From an uncultured Solirubrobacterales bacterium (GTDB lineage: Bacteria > Actinomycetota > Thermoleophilia > Solirubrobacterales > Solirubrobacteraceae): 64,000 bases of DNA. Location: assembly GCA_963731435.1 (NCBI GenBank), contig CAVSVF010000005.1, forward strand, positions 25,526 to 89,525. The letters are read 5' to 3'. The notes under the pieces were generated by a model. The model was not told where the DNA came from and ran no database searches. It saw only the letters and a program-made list of their open reading frames with translations. Positions 42,170 through 52,761 of this stretch are shown one piece after another. A program made the translations under genes and the position numbers. Within the stretch, counting starts at the first letter, position 1, and every line of letters starts with the position of its first letter.

Positions 42170-44288
42170 ATGTTGGCCGCCGTCCAGAAGCGCGCGTCGC
42201 TGGTCCGTGGCATGACCGTTGCGCTGGTGGCGACGCTGCTGGGCGCGTTGCTCATCATCGCTCTCGCCTCCAGCGCGCCAGCGCGAGCGGTGAGCGGCGT
42301 GAGCAGCGCCGGCCGTCCTGCCGCCGACTGCCAGCCGTACGCGAGCTCTCCGTGCCTGCTGCCGTTCCCCAACAACCTGTTCACGCGGCGCGACCGGCAC
42401 ACCTCCACCGGGCTGCGGGTGGCATTGCCGTCGAGGGCGATGCCGATCAACAAGAACGGGAGGCGCATCGGTGTCGGCGACTACGACCGCGCCGACGGCT
42501 TCAGCCCGGGCAGCGCATTGATCGTTCACATTCCCGGGCTCGACAACGCTCGCGCCTTCCGGCGCACCGGGGCCGTCGGCCTGCTCGACATGTCGCGGGC
42601 ATTCGCCCGCCGCCAGCCGATCGTGGTGATCGACGAGCAGACCGGCAAGCGGCAGCTGATCTGGTCAGAGCTCGACGCCAACACGAGCACCCCGCAGAGC
42701 ACCAGCCTGCTGATCCATCCGGGCAAGAACTTCACCGAGGGCCACACCTACGCGGTCGCCCTGCGCTACCTGCGCAACTCCCGAGGGCACGCGCTGGGCG
42801 CCCCCAGCTGGTTCGTCCGCCTGCGGGACGACCAGCACCTGCTCCACCAGGAGCTCTCCCAGCGCGGCCGCTACGCCAGGATCTTCCGAGTGCTGGGCCG
42901 CGCCGGGATCAGCCGCCGCAACCTGTACGAGGCGTGGGACTTCACCGTCGCCTCGCGGCCTGACCTCACCGCGAGGTTGCTTTCGATCCGCAACAACGCG
43001 TTCGCCCAGCTCGGCGATCACAACCTCGCCGACGGCAAGGTGCAGGGACGCGCGCCGGCCTATCAGGTCACCAGCTCCGACAGCCTGAACTCGCACGTTC
43101 GCCGGGTGGTTGGCACGTTCCAGGTCCCCTGCTACCTGGTCACCTGCGGGCCCACGGCCACCACCAGCTTTCACTACAGCTCCCGCAGCCTCGACGCCCT
43201 CCCCACGCAGAGCCCGGGCAACGTCGCCCACCCAACGTTCGAGTGCATCGTGCCCACCTCGGCCAGCCCGACTCATCCGGCGCGGCTCGTGCTCTCTGGC
43301 CATGGCCTGCTGGAGACACATGCCGATCTGGAGCTGCCCTACAACCAGGCGCTGGCTGCCGAGCACAACCTGGTCATCTGCGCCGCGGACTGGTGGGGGT
43401 TGTCTGCGCCCGACGAGTTGTTCGACGCCGGCGCAGTCACCGACCTCAACCAGTTCCCGATCATCGTCGATCGCCTCCAGCAAGGGGTGCTGAACACGCT
43501 GTACCTGGGGCGGCTGATGCTGAACCCCGCCGGCTTGGCGGCCAACCCGGCGTTCCAGTCCGGCGGGCGGCCGGTGATCCACGCCTCGCGCCTGTATTAC
43601 AACGGCAACAGCCTCGGAGGCATCGAGGGTGGGACCACCACCGCCGTTTCACCCGACGTCAGGAGGGCGGTTGTGGGCTCGACCGGAGTCGATTTCGGTG
43701 GCCTGCTGGTTCAGCGCAGCACCGACTTTGCGCCCTTTGCGCAGATCCTGCTGAGCGCGTATCCGGACCGCTCGATGTACTCAGTCACGCTGGACGTGAT
43801 CCAGCAGCTGTGGGACCGCGGCGAGCCCGACGGTTACGCCCAGCAGATGACCTCGCATCCACTGCCCGACACCCCCTCGCACACGGTGATGATCACCGTG
43901 GCCTATGGCGATCATCAGGTCACCCAGTACGCCGCGGCGGTGGAGGCGCGGACCGATCGGGGCCCGTTACCAGTCTCCGGCGCTGGCCCGCAACACCAAC
44001 CGCTCCCACGACCGCAACCTGTTCTACGGGCTCTCACCGATCGGCTCGGCTCCCTACCACGGATCGGGGATCGTGATCTGGGACAGCGGTCCCGCCGTGG
44101 TGCACCCGCCCCCCGTGGGCAATCTGGCGCCGGTGGGCTCCCCCACGAACCACGATCCCCATTACGACCCTCGCGCCACCCCGCTCGATCGCTTGCAGAT
44201 CTCCGCCTTCCTGACTCCGAACGATGCGCTGGTGGACGTCTGCGGGCGCCGGCCCTGCCACAGCGTCGTCTATTCCGGCCCCACTTAG
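42170..44288 (+). CDS. Large secreted alpha/beta-hydrolase-like protein (frameshift near 43950)
   Basis: Signal peptide, CLLPFPNN, DGFSPG, GHGL, nucleophile elbow GNSLGG, GDHQV, DPHYDPR. Confidence 0.75.
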
Positions 44289-45037
44289 CCGGCGACTCGC
44301 TCCGCGCCCGCGTAGACGTTCACTCGGTCGCCCCGGGCAAAGCCGCAAAGGGTCACGCCGCGGTCCTCGGCGAGCGCGATCGCCAGCGAGCTGGGAGCGC
44401 CGACTCCCACGAGTACCGGCGCGCCGGCCACCGCGGCCTTCTGGACCAGCTCAAACGACAGCCGGCCGCTGACACAGAGGAGCCGTTCGAAGAGAGGCAC
44501 GACACCGTCCAGCAACGCGCGTCCGATCACCTTGTCCATAGCGTTGTGACGTCCGACGTCCTCGCGCACGATCAGCGGCTCGCCGTCCGCGGTGAAGAGG
44601 CCCGTGGCGTGTACTCCGCCGGTCTGCTCAAAGGTCGGTTGCCGCAGGCGGCCCGGAAGCTCGGCGAGCAGCGAGCGGGACACGAGGGGCCCGGGACCGA
44701 GCGGCCGGCTGTCCACGGCCACCTGCTCCAGTGCGCCCTTGCCGCAAACCCCACACGAGGAGCTGGTGTAGAAGCTGCGCCGGCCGGGATCCCGCAGCAG
44801 CGGCCCTGCCACCTCGATCGTGTTGGCCGCGAAGTCCTCGGTCAGCCCTGCCGCTCGCGGCTCATCGATCAGCCCTTCGGTGAGCAGGAACCCCAGGGCC
44901 AGCTCCTCGTCGTGGCCAGGAGTGCGCATCGTCACCGCCAGCGGCTGGCCGTCGATCCGGATCTCCAGCGGCTCTTCGACGGCGACCAGGTCACGGCGGC
45001 CGTCGTGAATGACCTCGACCGAGGCGCTGCTCATCAT
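44285..45037 (-). CDS. fdhD: Formate dehydrogenase accessory sulfurtransferase
   Basis: EEPLEIR, TMRTPG, SSCGVCGK, TGGVHA, REDVGRHNAMDK, SGRLSFELVQK. Confidence 0.95.
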   Translation of the reverse strand: MMSSASVEVIHDGRRDLVAVEEPLEIRIDGQPLAVTMRTPGHDEELALGFLLTEGLIDEPRAAGLTEDFAANTIEVAGPLLRDPGRRSFYTSSSCGVCGKGALEQVAVDSRPLGPGPLVSRSLLAELPGRLRQPTFEQTGGVHATGLFTADGEPLIVREDVGRHNAMDKVIGRALLDGVVPLFERLLCVSGRLSFELVQKAAVAGAPVLVGVGAPSSLAIALAEDRGVTLCGFARGDRVNVYAGAERVAG

Positions 45038-45708
45038 CCGCCGCCGCGGCGGATGGCGTCCTCGATTGCGGCCTTGGGCGAGGGCACGGCGGGACCGTGG
45101 CCGACGACCAGCAGGGACGGGTCAAGGGCGCTCACCGTGCGAGCCGACTCCAGATCCTTGGCACGATCCCAGGTCCCCATCGTCGCGAGCGGAAAGCGCC
45201 AGTAGAAGTGGTTGCTTACCGCCACCCGGCCGAACGAGGTCAGCACGTCGCCGGCGATCAGGGTCCGGTCACGAATGTCGAGAAAGGAGATGTGTCCGGG
45301 GGTGTGGCCCGGCGTTGGGATGACCTCGAGACTGCCGACTCGGTCGCCCGCGTCAAGCTGGATGTCGGGCCGGGTCTGAAGCTTCGGCCACGAGCCGGGC
45401 AGCTTGCCGTCCACCACCTGCTCGCCAGCGTGGATGCGCGCATCCAGTTCCGGCATCGAGACCTCCACGCCGGATCCCAGCCGTTCCCGCAGCCCGTCCA
45501 GCGAGCCAACGTGATCGCCGTGGCCGTGGGTCAGGGCGATTCGCCGGATCTCCCCGCCGGCGGAACGGGCGGCATCCAGCAGATCATCGGTCGCGTTCAT
45601 CGTGGTGTCGACCAGCGTGAAGCCGTCGTCCTCGCGAACCAGATACGCGTTGATGAAACCGAGACGAGTGAGCTGGGTCAGCGTGTCGGTGACCTGGGTC
45701 GTCTTCAT
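45034..45708 (-). CDS. MBL-fold metallo-hydrolase
   Basis: THGHGDH, PGHTPGH, AGD, GHG. Confidence 0.92.
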   Translation of the reverse strand: MKTTQVTDTLTQLTRLGFINAYLVREDDGFTLVDTTMNATDDLLDAARSAGGEIRRIALTHGHGDHVGSLDGLRERLGSGVEVSMPELDARIHAGEQVVDGKLPGSWPKLQTRPDIQLDAGDRVGSLEVIPTPGHTPGHISFLDIRDRTLIAGDVLTSFGRVAVSNHFYWRFPLATMGTWDRAKDLESARTVSALDPSLLVVGHGPAVPSPKAAIEDAIRRGGG

Positions 45709-45762
45709 GTTCGGTTCTCCCCGTTGCTTGACCCCGACATTGTGCCGGGAGGGGGAACCTGA

Positions 45763-46239
45763 TCACCCCAAGGCAGGCTCGGCCCGAAGCTCTGTCTCGA
45801 AGGGCAGCGCCTCCCGCTCCAAGGCCCCGTCCTCAGAGAGACGGTAGGCCCCGGTGCGGACGAGTGGGGGCGAGTAGGCGTGAATCGTCACCGCGCGCGT
45901 CTCGCCCGCATGGAGCACGCGGTGGATCGCCACCGGAGGCATGGTGAAGACCTCGCCACTCTCCAGCTCCCGTGACCGCGGCGGCTCGCCGACCCGGAAG
46001 CGCTCCTCCCGGATGCGACCGGAGATCACGGCGATCGCGGCCGCTGACTCGTCGTGATCGTGAAAACCGGTGTCCTGGTCCTCGCTCCAGCAGATCACCC
46101 AGGCGTTGACCTCCTCGTCGTCCCAGATCTGCTCGTAGACCCGGACGTCATCACGATGGTTTACGAGGTGGGCCCACTGCTCGGGGCAGGCGGCGAGATC
46201 CTCCACAAACCGCGTTAGCTCTTCGGCGGTCAGGCTCAT
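45763..46239 (-). CDS. Cysteine/thiol dioxygenase (CDO-like cupin)
   Basis: W...Q.TGFHDH...IHRV...TIHAYSPP (3-His triad plus His-Tyr). Confidence 0.88.
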   Translation of the reverse strand: MSLTAEELTRFVEDLAACPEQWAHLVNHRDDVRVYEQIWDDEEVNAWVICWSEDQDTGFHDHDESAAAIAVISGRIREERFRVGEPPRSRELESGEVFTMPPVAIHRVLHAGETRAVTIHAYSPPLVRTGAYRLSEDGALEREALPFETELRAEPALG

Positions 46240-47168
46240 GCGGGCACCCCTGCGGGCGCGGGCACCCACGCGGGCGCGAGCAGACGGACTCCGTTGTCCT
46301 GGAGGGTCGGCTCCAGCCCGGTTGACACCGGCTCCATCACCGGCCGATCGGAGCCGTACACGAGCTGCTCCTGACCCACGCGGCCTGCCGTCGCCTCCAC
46401 CGCTGCGGGCCCGTAACCCGAGGTCTCGTAGAAGATGGTCGGGTCACCCAGCTCGACGGAAGGTCCGCCCCGGGCGGTAAGCCGCTCGCTCAGCAGTGGC
46501 GCTCCGCCCGCAAGCATGGCGAACAGGATCTTCAGCTCAGGGTGCTCCCGCCGTCCGAAGGCCATGAACGCCAGCCACGCTGCCTGCATCTGGGCCACGT
46601 AGCCGGTCAGCGCCTGCCACCACAGAGGCTCGGTCAGGCTCGGCTCGTGCACGGGCTGGCCCGGGGCACGCCCGGGGTGGACGAACAGAGGGACTTGGTG
46701 CTCGGCAACGCGGGCCAGCACGGGCCCCAATGCCCGGATCGGGTCCGGTCCGTCGAGCGCGGCCGCGGGGATCGAGACGCCCACGCAGCCGCGATCCAGC
46801 AGGGCGTCGACATCATCGGGTTCGGGGTGATCCAGGGCGAGAGGCCCCCACACGGCGAAACCGTCTCCCAGGGTTCCCACGCCGTCGAGATGAGCTTCGA
46901 TCAACCGCATTGCCGCCGGACGCGGCAGGGCCTCGATGCCGATAGGACTTGACAGCGCGATCAGCGCCAGGTCCACTCCATCGGCCGACAGCAGTCCCCG
47001 GCGGCGCTCAGGCGCTTCCGCTTCGACATCGATCAGGTACGGGGGCTCCCCAGCCGAGTGCAGCACCGTCAGGCCGGCGTCAACCCGGACGAAAGGCAAC
47101 GACTCGCGAGACGCCAGCTCGTCGATCAGCGAACTGGTCCAGAGGTGTTGGTGAACGTCGATACGCAC
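46236..47168 (-). CDS. Amidohydrolase_2 family protein
   Basis: IDVHQH, FVHPG, LAGGAP, YGSDRP. Confidence 0.85.
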   Translation of the reverse strand: MRIDVHQHLWTSSLIDELASRESLPFVRVDAGLTVLHSAGEPPYLIDVEAEAPERRRGLLSADGVDLALIALSSPIGIEALPRPAAMRLIEAHLDGVGTLGDGFAVWGPLALDHPEPDDVDALLDRGCVGVSIPAAALDGPDPIRALGPVLARVAEHQVPLFVHPGRAPGQPVHEPSLTEPLWWQALTGYVAQMQAAWLAFMAFGRREHPELKILFAMLAGGAPLLSERLTARGGPSVELGDPTIFYETSGYGPAAVEATAGRVGQEQLVYGSDRPVMEPVSTGLEPTLQDNGVRLLAPAWVPAPAGVPA

Positions 47169-47190
47169 GGTGGCTCCAGTAAAAGGCAGC

Positions 47191-47215
47191 TAACTCGATC
47201 AACTTTATCAAGATT
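47191..47215. promoter_or_regulatory. 25-bp imperfect AT-rich palindrome, possible Rrf2 (IscR/CymR-like) operator
   Basis: TAACTCGATCAA-C-TTTATCAAGATT, 8 of 12 arm positions complementary, 23 nt upstream of the operon start. Confidence 0.45.
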
Positions 47216-47305
47216 GTCGGGTAGGCGACACCGATGAGCAGCACGCGCTGTCCGGTGCGCTGTGTTGGCGCAGTGGCCGGGGGACGACTGAGGTTCGACT
47301 GAGGG

Positions 47306-48985
47306 CTAGGCCACTGGCCGCAGAGCCACGGCCGCCGTGTCGTCGACCTGCTGGCGGTGCTGGAACTCGTCCAGTCTCGCCTCCAGCGCGCGCAGGTGCT
47401 CCGCCGGGCCGCTGCCGGCCCGCTCGCACAGCGCCGCGTACAGCCGGTCCATGCCGAAGCGCTCGGTCTGGCTCCGGGTATCGGTCACGCCGTCGGTGTA
47501 GAGGAGCAGCATCTCCCGCGGAGAGACCGTCCGGACCTCATCGACGTAGGAACAGTCAGGCCACGCGCCGAGCAGCGGACCGGCGGTCGCCAGCTCGCTC
47601 ACCTCCCCCTCGGCGTCCACGACCAACGGAGGCTCGTGCCCGGCCGTGCTCACCACCACGCGCTCACGCTCAAGACGCAGGCAGAGCGCGGTGCACAGCC
47701 ACATTCCGCGCTGCTCACAAAGGGCGTCGTTGAGGTTGCAGAGGATGCTGCTGGGACTGGGGTCCTCCCGCGCGAGGAAGTGTGCTCCGTGGCGTACCAA
47801 CGAGGTCATCGCCGCGGCCTCCACGCCCTTTCCGGTGACGTCCCCGAGGATCACGATCCAGCCGTCGTCTGTCTCGACGAAGTCGTAGAAGTCGCCTCCC
47901 ACCTCCACTGCCTCGGTCGTGCTCGCGGCTCGGTACAGCGTTGCCACCTCCCAGCCCGGAATCGCCGGCACCACCTCGGGGAGCAGGCTGCGTTGAAGCG
48001 TCGAGGCGATGTCGCGGCGTGCGGTGGCCAAGCGCGCGTTGTCCACCGCGACCGCGGCGCGCGTGGCCAGTGTCTCGGCGAACTCGAGGTCGGATTGCTG
48101 CAGGCGGCGTGGCGAGTCAGAGGTGACGAGGGTCATGACACCGAATGACCGCTCCCGGTTGCGCAGCGGGACCAGCAGGGCCGAGCGCATGTTGATCTCT
48201 TGCAGCAGGGCCAGATGCTCGGGGCTGCGCGCGCTCTCGATCAGCGCCTCCTCAGGGATCTCGCGGTAGAGCTCGGACTCTCCCGTCGCCAGTACCCGAC
48301 CCACGCCCTGGTCGGGATTGGGCTCGGCCGGCTCGAACGCGCGTAGCCGCTCGGCTAGGGCGACCTTCTCGGGATCCTGATGGGCGACGGCAACCTGCTG
48401 GCGACGCCCGTGCTCGTCGACCAGGTCCACGGCGCACCAGTCGGCCAGCTCCGGCACCGCCAGCGCGGCGACGTTACGCAAAGTCTGCTCGTAGTCCAAT
48501 GAGGACATCAGCGTCTCCGTGGCGCGAGCGAGGAAGCGCTCCTGAAGCTCGGCGGTCTTGTCCGCGGTGATGTCCTCGATGATCGTCACCGCTGCGACCA
48601 GACGGCCATCCGCATCATGGAGCCCGGAGGCCTTCAGCAGGTTCCAGTGAACGAGACCGGTCTCCCGGTGGATGGTCCGCATCACCAGGGGCGTGGGCTC
48701 CTCGCCGGCGAGCAGACGGACGGACGGGACATCCTGCATGTTCAGCTCGCGCCCGTGCTCGTCGTGGACGGCGTAGTCCCCCATGATCGAGCGCGGCGGC
48801 GTGCTCTGCATCTGCGCCAGGGTCTCGAAGCCCATGTGGTCCAGCGCGGCCCGGTTGGCGAAGACGATGTGATCGTCGGCGTCACGGATCGTCACAGCTT
48901 CGGCCAGCGCGTCCAGCACCCCGGCCAGACCCGGGCCCTCCATCACCGAGCGCCACGCCTCCGCGCCGCCGTTCGACCGGCTCAC
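47306..48985 (-). CDS. PAS-GAF-SpoIIE (RsbU-like PP2C) phosphatase
   Basis: PAS (FANRAA), GAF (LADWCAVDL...DNARL), LQRSLLP, VGGDFYD, GDVTGKG, YTDGVTD, DDTA; AGGAG SD before GTG 48985. Confidence 0.92.
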   Translation of the reverse strand: MSRSNGGAEAWRSVMEGPGLAGVLDALAEAVTIRDADDHIVFANRAALDHMGFETLAQMQSTPPRSIMGDYAVHDEHGRELNMQDVPSVRLLAGEEPTPLVMRTIHRETGLVHWNLLKASGLHDADGRLVAAVTIIEDITADKTAELQERFLARATETLMSSLDYEQTLRNVAALAVPELADWCAVDLVDEHGRRQQVAVAHQDPEKVALAERLRAFEPAEPNPDQGVGRVLATGESELYREIPEEALIESARSPEHLALLQEINMRSALLVPLRNRERSFGVMTLVTSDSPRRLQQSDLEFAETLATRAAVAVDNARLATARRDIASTLQRSLLPEVVPAIPGWEVATLYRAASTTEAVEVGGDFYDFVETDDGWIVILGDVTGKGVEAAAMTSLVRHGAHFLAREDPSPSSILCNLNDALCEQRGMWLCTALCLRLERERVVVSTAGHEPPLVVDAEGEVSELATAGPLLGAWPDCSYVDEVRTVSPREMLLLYTDGVTDTRSQTERFGMDRLYAALCERAGSGPAEHLRALEARLDEFQHRQQVDDTAAVALRPVA

Positions 48986-49175
48986 GCCGCTGCTCCTGGG
49001 GAATGAAAGGTGGTGGCCGAGCCCATCGAAAGCCGTTTGTCGATCCCGCGCCGCTGCTCTGGAGAGGGCGCGTGGCCCACTCGCAGGAACACTCGCAGGA
49101 AGGTACACGCTGGATCGGTCTCGCCGGCGTCCTCTGTCAGACGCGACAGGGGCCTACCACGAGCCTGTACCACTG

Positions 49176-49203
49176 TTGGCACTGCGCCAAGAAGTGCTAA
49201 CTT
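49176..49203 (+). promoter_or_regulatory. Sigma70-like promoter overlapped by a CIRCE-like inverted repeat
   Basis: TTGGCACT-N9-AGTGCTAA; TTGGCA-N16-TAACTT. Confidence 0.5.
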
Positions 49204-49276
49204 GCGAGATCGCCTGACTACCGGCGCGTGAGGCGCGGGCCGCCGCGCAGCAACCCCACAAAGGAGCAATCTGACC

Positions 49277-50495
49277 ATGGCCGCCAGCGAAGCACTGGTC
49301 TTCGACGCGATTCGCACCCCCCGAGGCAAGGGCAAGGTGAACGGCTCGCTACACACAGTCAAGCCGGTCGACCTCGTCGTCGGCCTGATGCACGAGGCGC
49401 TCGTCCGCAACGAGGAAATGGACCCGCGGGGCGTCGACGACGTCGTGCTCGGCTGTGTCTCTCCGGTCGGCGATCAGGGAGCCGACATCGCCAAGACGGC
49501 GGCGATCAAGGCCGGGCTTCCGGACACCGTGGCCGGGGTCCAGCTGAACCGCTTCTGCGCCTCAGGGCTGGAGGCGGTCAACATCGCCGCCCAGAAGGTG
49601 GCCTCGGGCTGGGAGGACCTTGTCATGGCGGGCGGCGTGGAGTCGATGTCCCGCGTACCAATGGGCACCGACGGGGGCGCTTGGGCGATGGACCCGGAGA
49701 CCAACTACGACACGTCGTTCGTTCCTCAGGGGATCAGCGCCGACCTGATCGCCACCGTCGAGAGCTTCAGCCGCGAGGACGTAGACGCGTACGCCGCGCA
49801 GTCCCAGGAGCGGGCGGCCACGGCGCAGTCCGAAGGTCGCTTCAGCGAGTCGGTGATCCCCGTGCTGGACATCAACGAAAGCGTGGTCCTGGACCGCGAC
49901 GAGTTCATCCGGCCGGGTACCACCGTGGAGGCGCTTGGCGGGCTGGGGCCCTCCTTTCAGATGATGGGCGAGATGGGAGGCTTCGACGCCGTGGCGCTGC
50001 AGAAGTACCACTGGGTGGAGAAGATCGAGCACGTCCACACTCCGGGCAACTCCTCGGGGATCGTCGATGGCGCGTCGCTGATGCTGATCGGCAATGAGGA
50101 GGCCGGGGCTCAGCACGGGATGAAGCCGAGGGCCCGGATCCTGGCCACCGCCGTCTCCGGCGCCGACCCGACGATCATGCTCACCGGCCCGGCGCCCGCG
50201 AGCCGCAAGGCACTGGCCAAGGCCGGTCTTGCGGTAGAGGACCTCGATCTCGTGGAGATCAACGAGGCCTTCGCCGCGGTGGTGCTGCGCTTCGTGCGCG
50301 ACATGGGCCTCGACATGGAGAAGGTCAACGTCAACGGCGGCGCGATCGCGATGGGGCATCCGCTGGGCGCCACCGGCGCGATGATCCTCGGGACGCTGAT
50401 CGACGAGCTGCACCGGACCGGCGGCCGCTACGGCCTGGCCACGCTTGTGCGTAGGCGGCGGCATGGGAATCGCGACGGTCGTGGAGGCCATCTGA
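49277..50495 (+). CDS. fadA: Acetyl-CoA C-acyltransferase (thiolase), frameshift near 50447
   Basis: [22 protein letters not shown]-terminal CVGGGMG after frame correction. Confidence 0.93.
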
Positions 50496-50497
50496 AC

Positions 50498-52720
50498 ATG
50501 AGCCCTGAGAGCACCACCATTCGCTGGGAGCAGGACGGGGATGGGATCGTCCTGCTCACCCTGGATGACCCCAGCCAGTCGGCGAACACGATGAACCAGG
50601 CCTACGCGGAATCAATGGCTGCGACGGTCGAGCGCCTCGAGGCCGAGAAGGATTCGATCACCGGAGTCGTCATCACCTCCGCCAAGAAGACCTTCTTCGC
50701 CGGCGGCGACCTCAACGACCTGATCAAGGCCACGCCGCAGGACGCCGGTCAGATCGCGGACCACGTCCGCGAGGGCAAGCGCCAGCTGCGCCGCCTGGAG
50801 ACGCTCGGCAAGCCGGTGGTGGCGGCGATCAACGGCGCCGCCCTCGGCGGTGGCCTGGAGATCTGCCTGGCCTGTCACCACCGCGTGATCGTCGATGACC
50901 GTTCAAGGCTGTGATGGGCTTTCCCGAGGTCCAGCTCGGGTCTGCTGCCCGGCGCCGGCGGCGTGGTTCGCACGGTGCGGATGCTGGGGATCGCCGATGC
51001 GCTTCTCCAGCTGCTGATGCAGGGTCAGCGCCATCGCCCGGCAAAGGCCAAGGAGCTCGGGATCGTCGACGAGGTCGTCGGCATCGGTCGACGAGCTGGT
51101 CCCGGCGGCCAAGGCATGGGTGCGCTCAAAGGCCGGCGAGGAGGTCGCGCAGCCGTGGGACGTCAAGGGATACAAGATCCCCGGCGGGACCCCCAGCAAC
51201 CCCAAGCTGGCCCAGAACCTGCCCGCATTCCCCGCGAACCTGCGCAAGCAGATCAAGGGCGCCAACTACCCGGCGCCGCACCACATCATGGCCGCCGCGG
51301 TGGAGGGTGCGCAGGTCGACTTCGACAACGCCATCGAGATCGAGGGGCGCTACTTCGTCGACCTGGTCACCGGCCAGGTGTCGAAGAACATGATCCAGGC
51401 GTTCTTCTTCGACATGCAGCGGGTCAGCGGAGATCGCGATCGGCCGCAGGGGATCGAGCCGTTCCGCCCGCGCAAGATGGTCGTGCTGGGCGCGGGGATG
51501 ATGGGGGCCGCCATCGCCTACGTGTCGCGCCCGCGCGGGCATCGAGGTGGTGCTGAAGGACGTCTCCCGCGAGGACGCCGAGCGTGGCAAGAGCTACTCG
51601 GCCGGGCTGCTGGAGAAGGCCGATCTCCCGCGGCCGCTCCACCCAGGAGCAGGCCGACGAGCTGCTGGCCCGGATCACGCCGACGGCGATCCGGCGGACG
51701 CCGTCCGGCGCGGAGCTGGTGATCGAGGCGGTGTTTGAGGATCCGAAGGTCAAGGCGCAGGTGTTCGCCGAGATCGAGCCTCACCTGGCGGACGGAGCGC
51801 TACTCGGCTCCAACACCTCTACCCTGCCGATCACCGGCCTGTCCGAGGGAGTATCCCGTCCGGAGGAGTTTATCGGTCTTCACTTCTTCAGCCCGGTGGA
51901 CAAGATGCCGCTGCTGGAGATCATCAAGGGCGAGCAGACCAGCGAGGAGACGCTGTACCGCTCGCTGGACTTCGCCAAGCTGATCAAGAAGACGCCGATC
52001 GTCGTCAACGACAGCCGCGGCTTCTTCACCAGCCGGGTGATCGGCACGTTCATCAACGAGGGGATCGCGATGCTGGTGGAGGGCGTGCCCGCCCCGAGCA
52101 TCGAGCAGGCCTCCTCGCAGGCTGGTTATCCCGCTCCGGTGCTGCAGCTATCCGATGAGCTGAACCTGAAGCTGATGCGCAAGATCCGGAATGCCGCCAG
52201 GGAAGCTTCCGACGCCGCCTCCAGCGGCTGGGACGCCCACCCCTCCGAGCAGGTGATCGATCGCATGCTGGACGAGTACGACCGGCCGGGCAAGCTGGAG
52301 GGCCGGGGCTTCTACGAGTACGCCGATGGCAAGCGAGCCGGTCTGTGGAAGGGCCTGCGTGAGGCGTTCCCGCCGGTCGACGATCCCTCCTCCATCTCGC
52401 TGCGAGACCTGGAGGAGCGAATGCTGTTCGCCGAGGCGCTGGAGTCGGTCAAGTGCCTGGATGAGGGCGTGATCGAATCCGTAGCCGACGCCAACATCGG
52501 CTCCATTCTGGGGATCGGGTTTCCCGGCTGGAGCGGGGGAGTGCTGCAGTACATCAATGGATACGTTGCCCCCGACGGCGGGCACGGGCCTGCCGCCTTC
52601 GTTTCTCGCGCGCGTGAGCTGGCCGAGCGCTACGGCGAACGCTTCAACCCGCCCGCATCGCTGGTGGAGAAGGCCGAGCGGGGCGAGCTGTACCGGGATG
52701 ATGTCCCGGTAGCCGCCTAG
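50498..52720 (+). CDS. fadB: Multifunctional enoyl-CoA hydratase / 3-hydroxyacyl-CoA dehydrogenase (several frameshifts)
   Basis: [44 protein letters not shown]. Confidence 0.92.
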
Positions 52721-52761
52721 GGCCTGGCGGCAGCGGCTGAGCGGGTCGCCGGGCTGAGCGC

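Noticed and set aside
41846-45205. 1119-aa ORF as one giant protein
   Set aside because: A frameshift near 43950 causes read-through antisense to fdhD; the real gene is about 42170..44288.
49277-50914. Thiolase-enoyl-CoA hydratase fusion
   Set aside because: A 1-nt insertion near 50447 disrupts the CVGGGMG motif; correcting it gives TGA at 50493-50495 and a separate fadB ATG at 50498.
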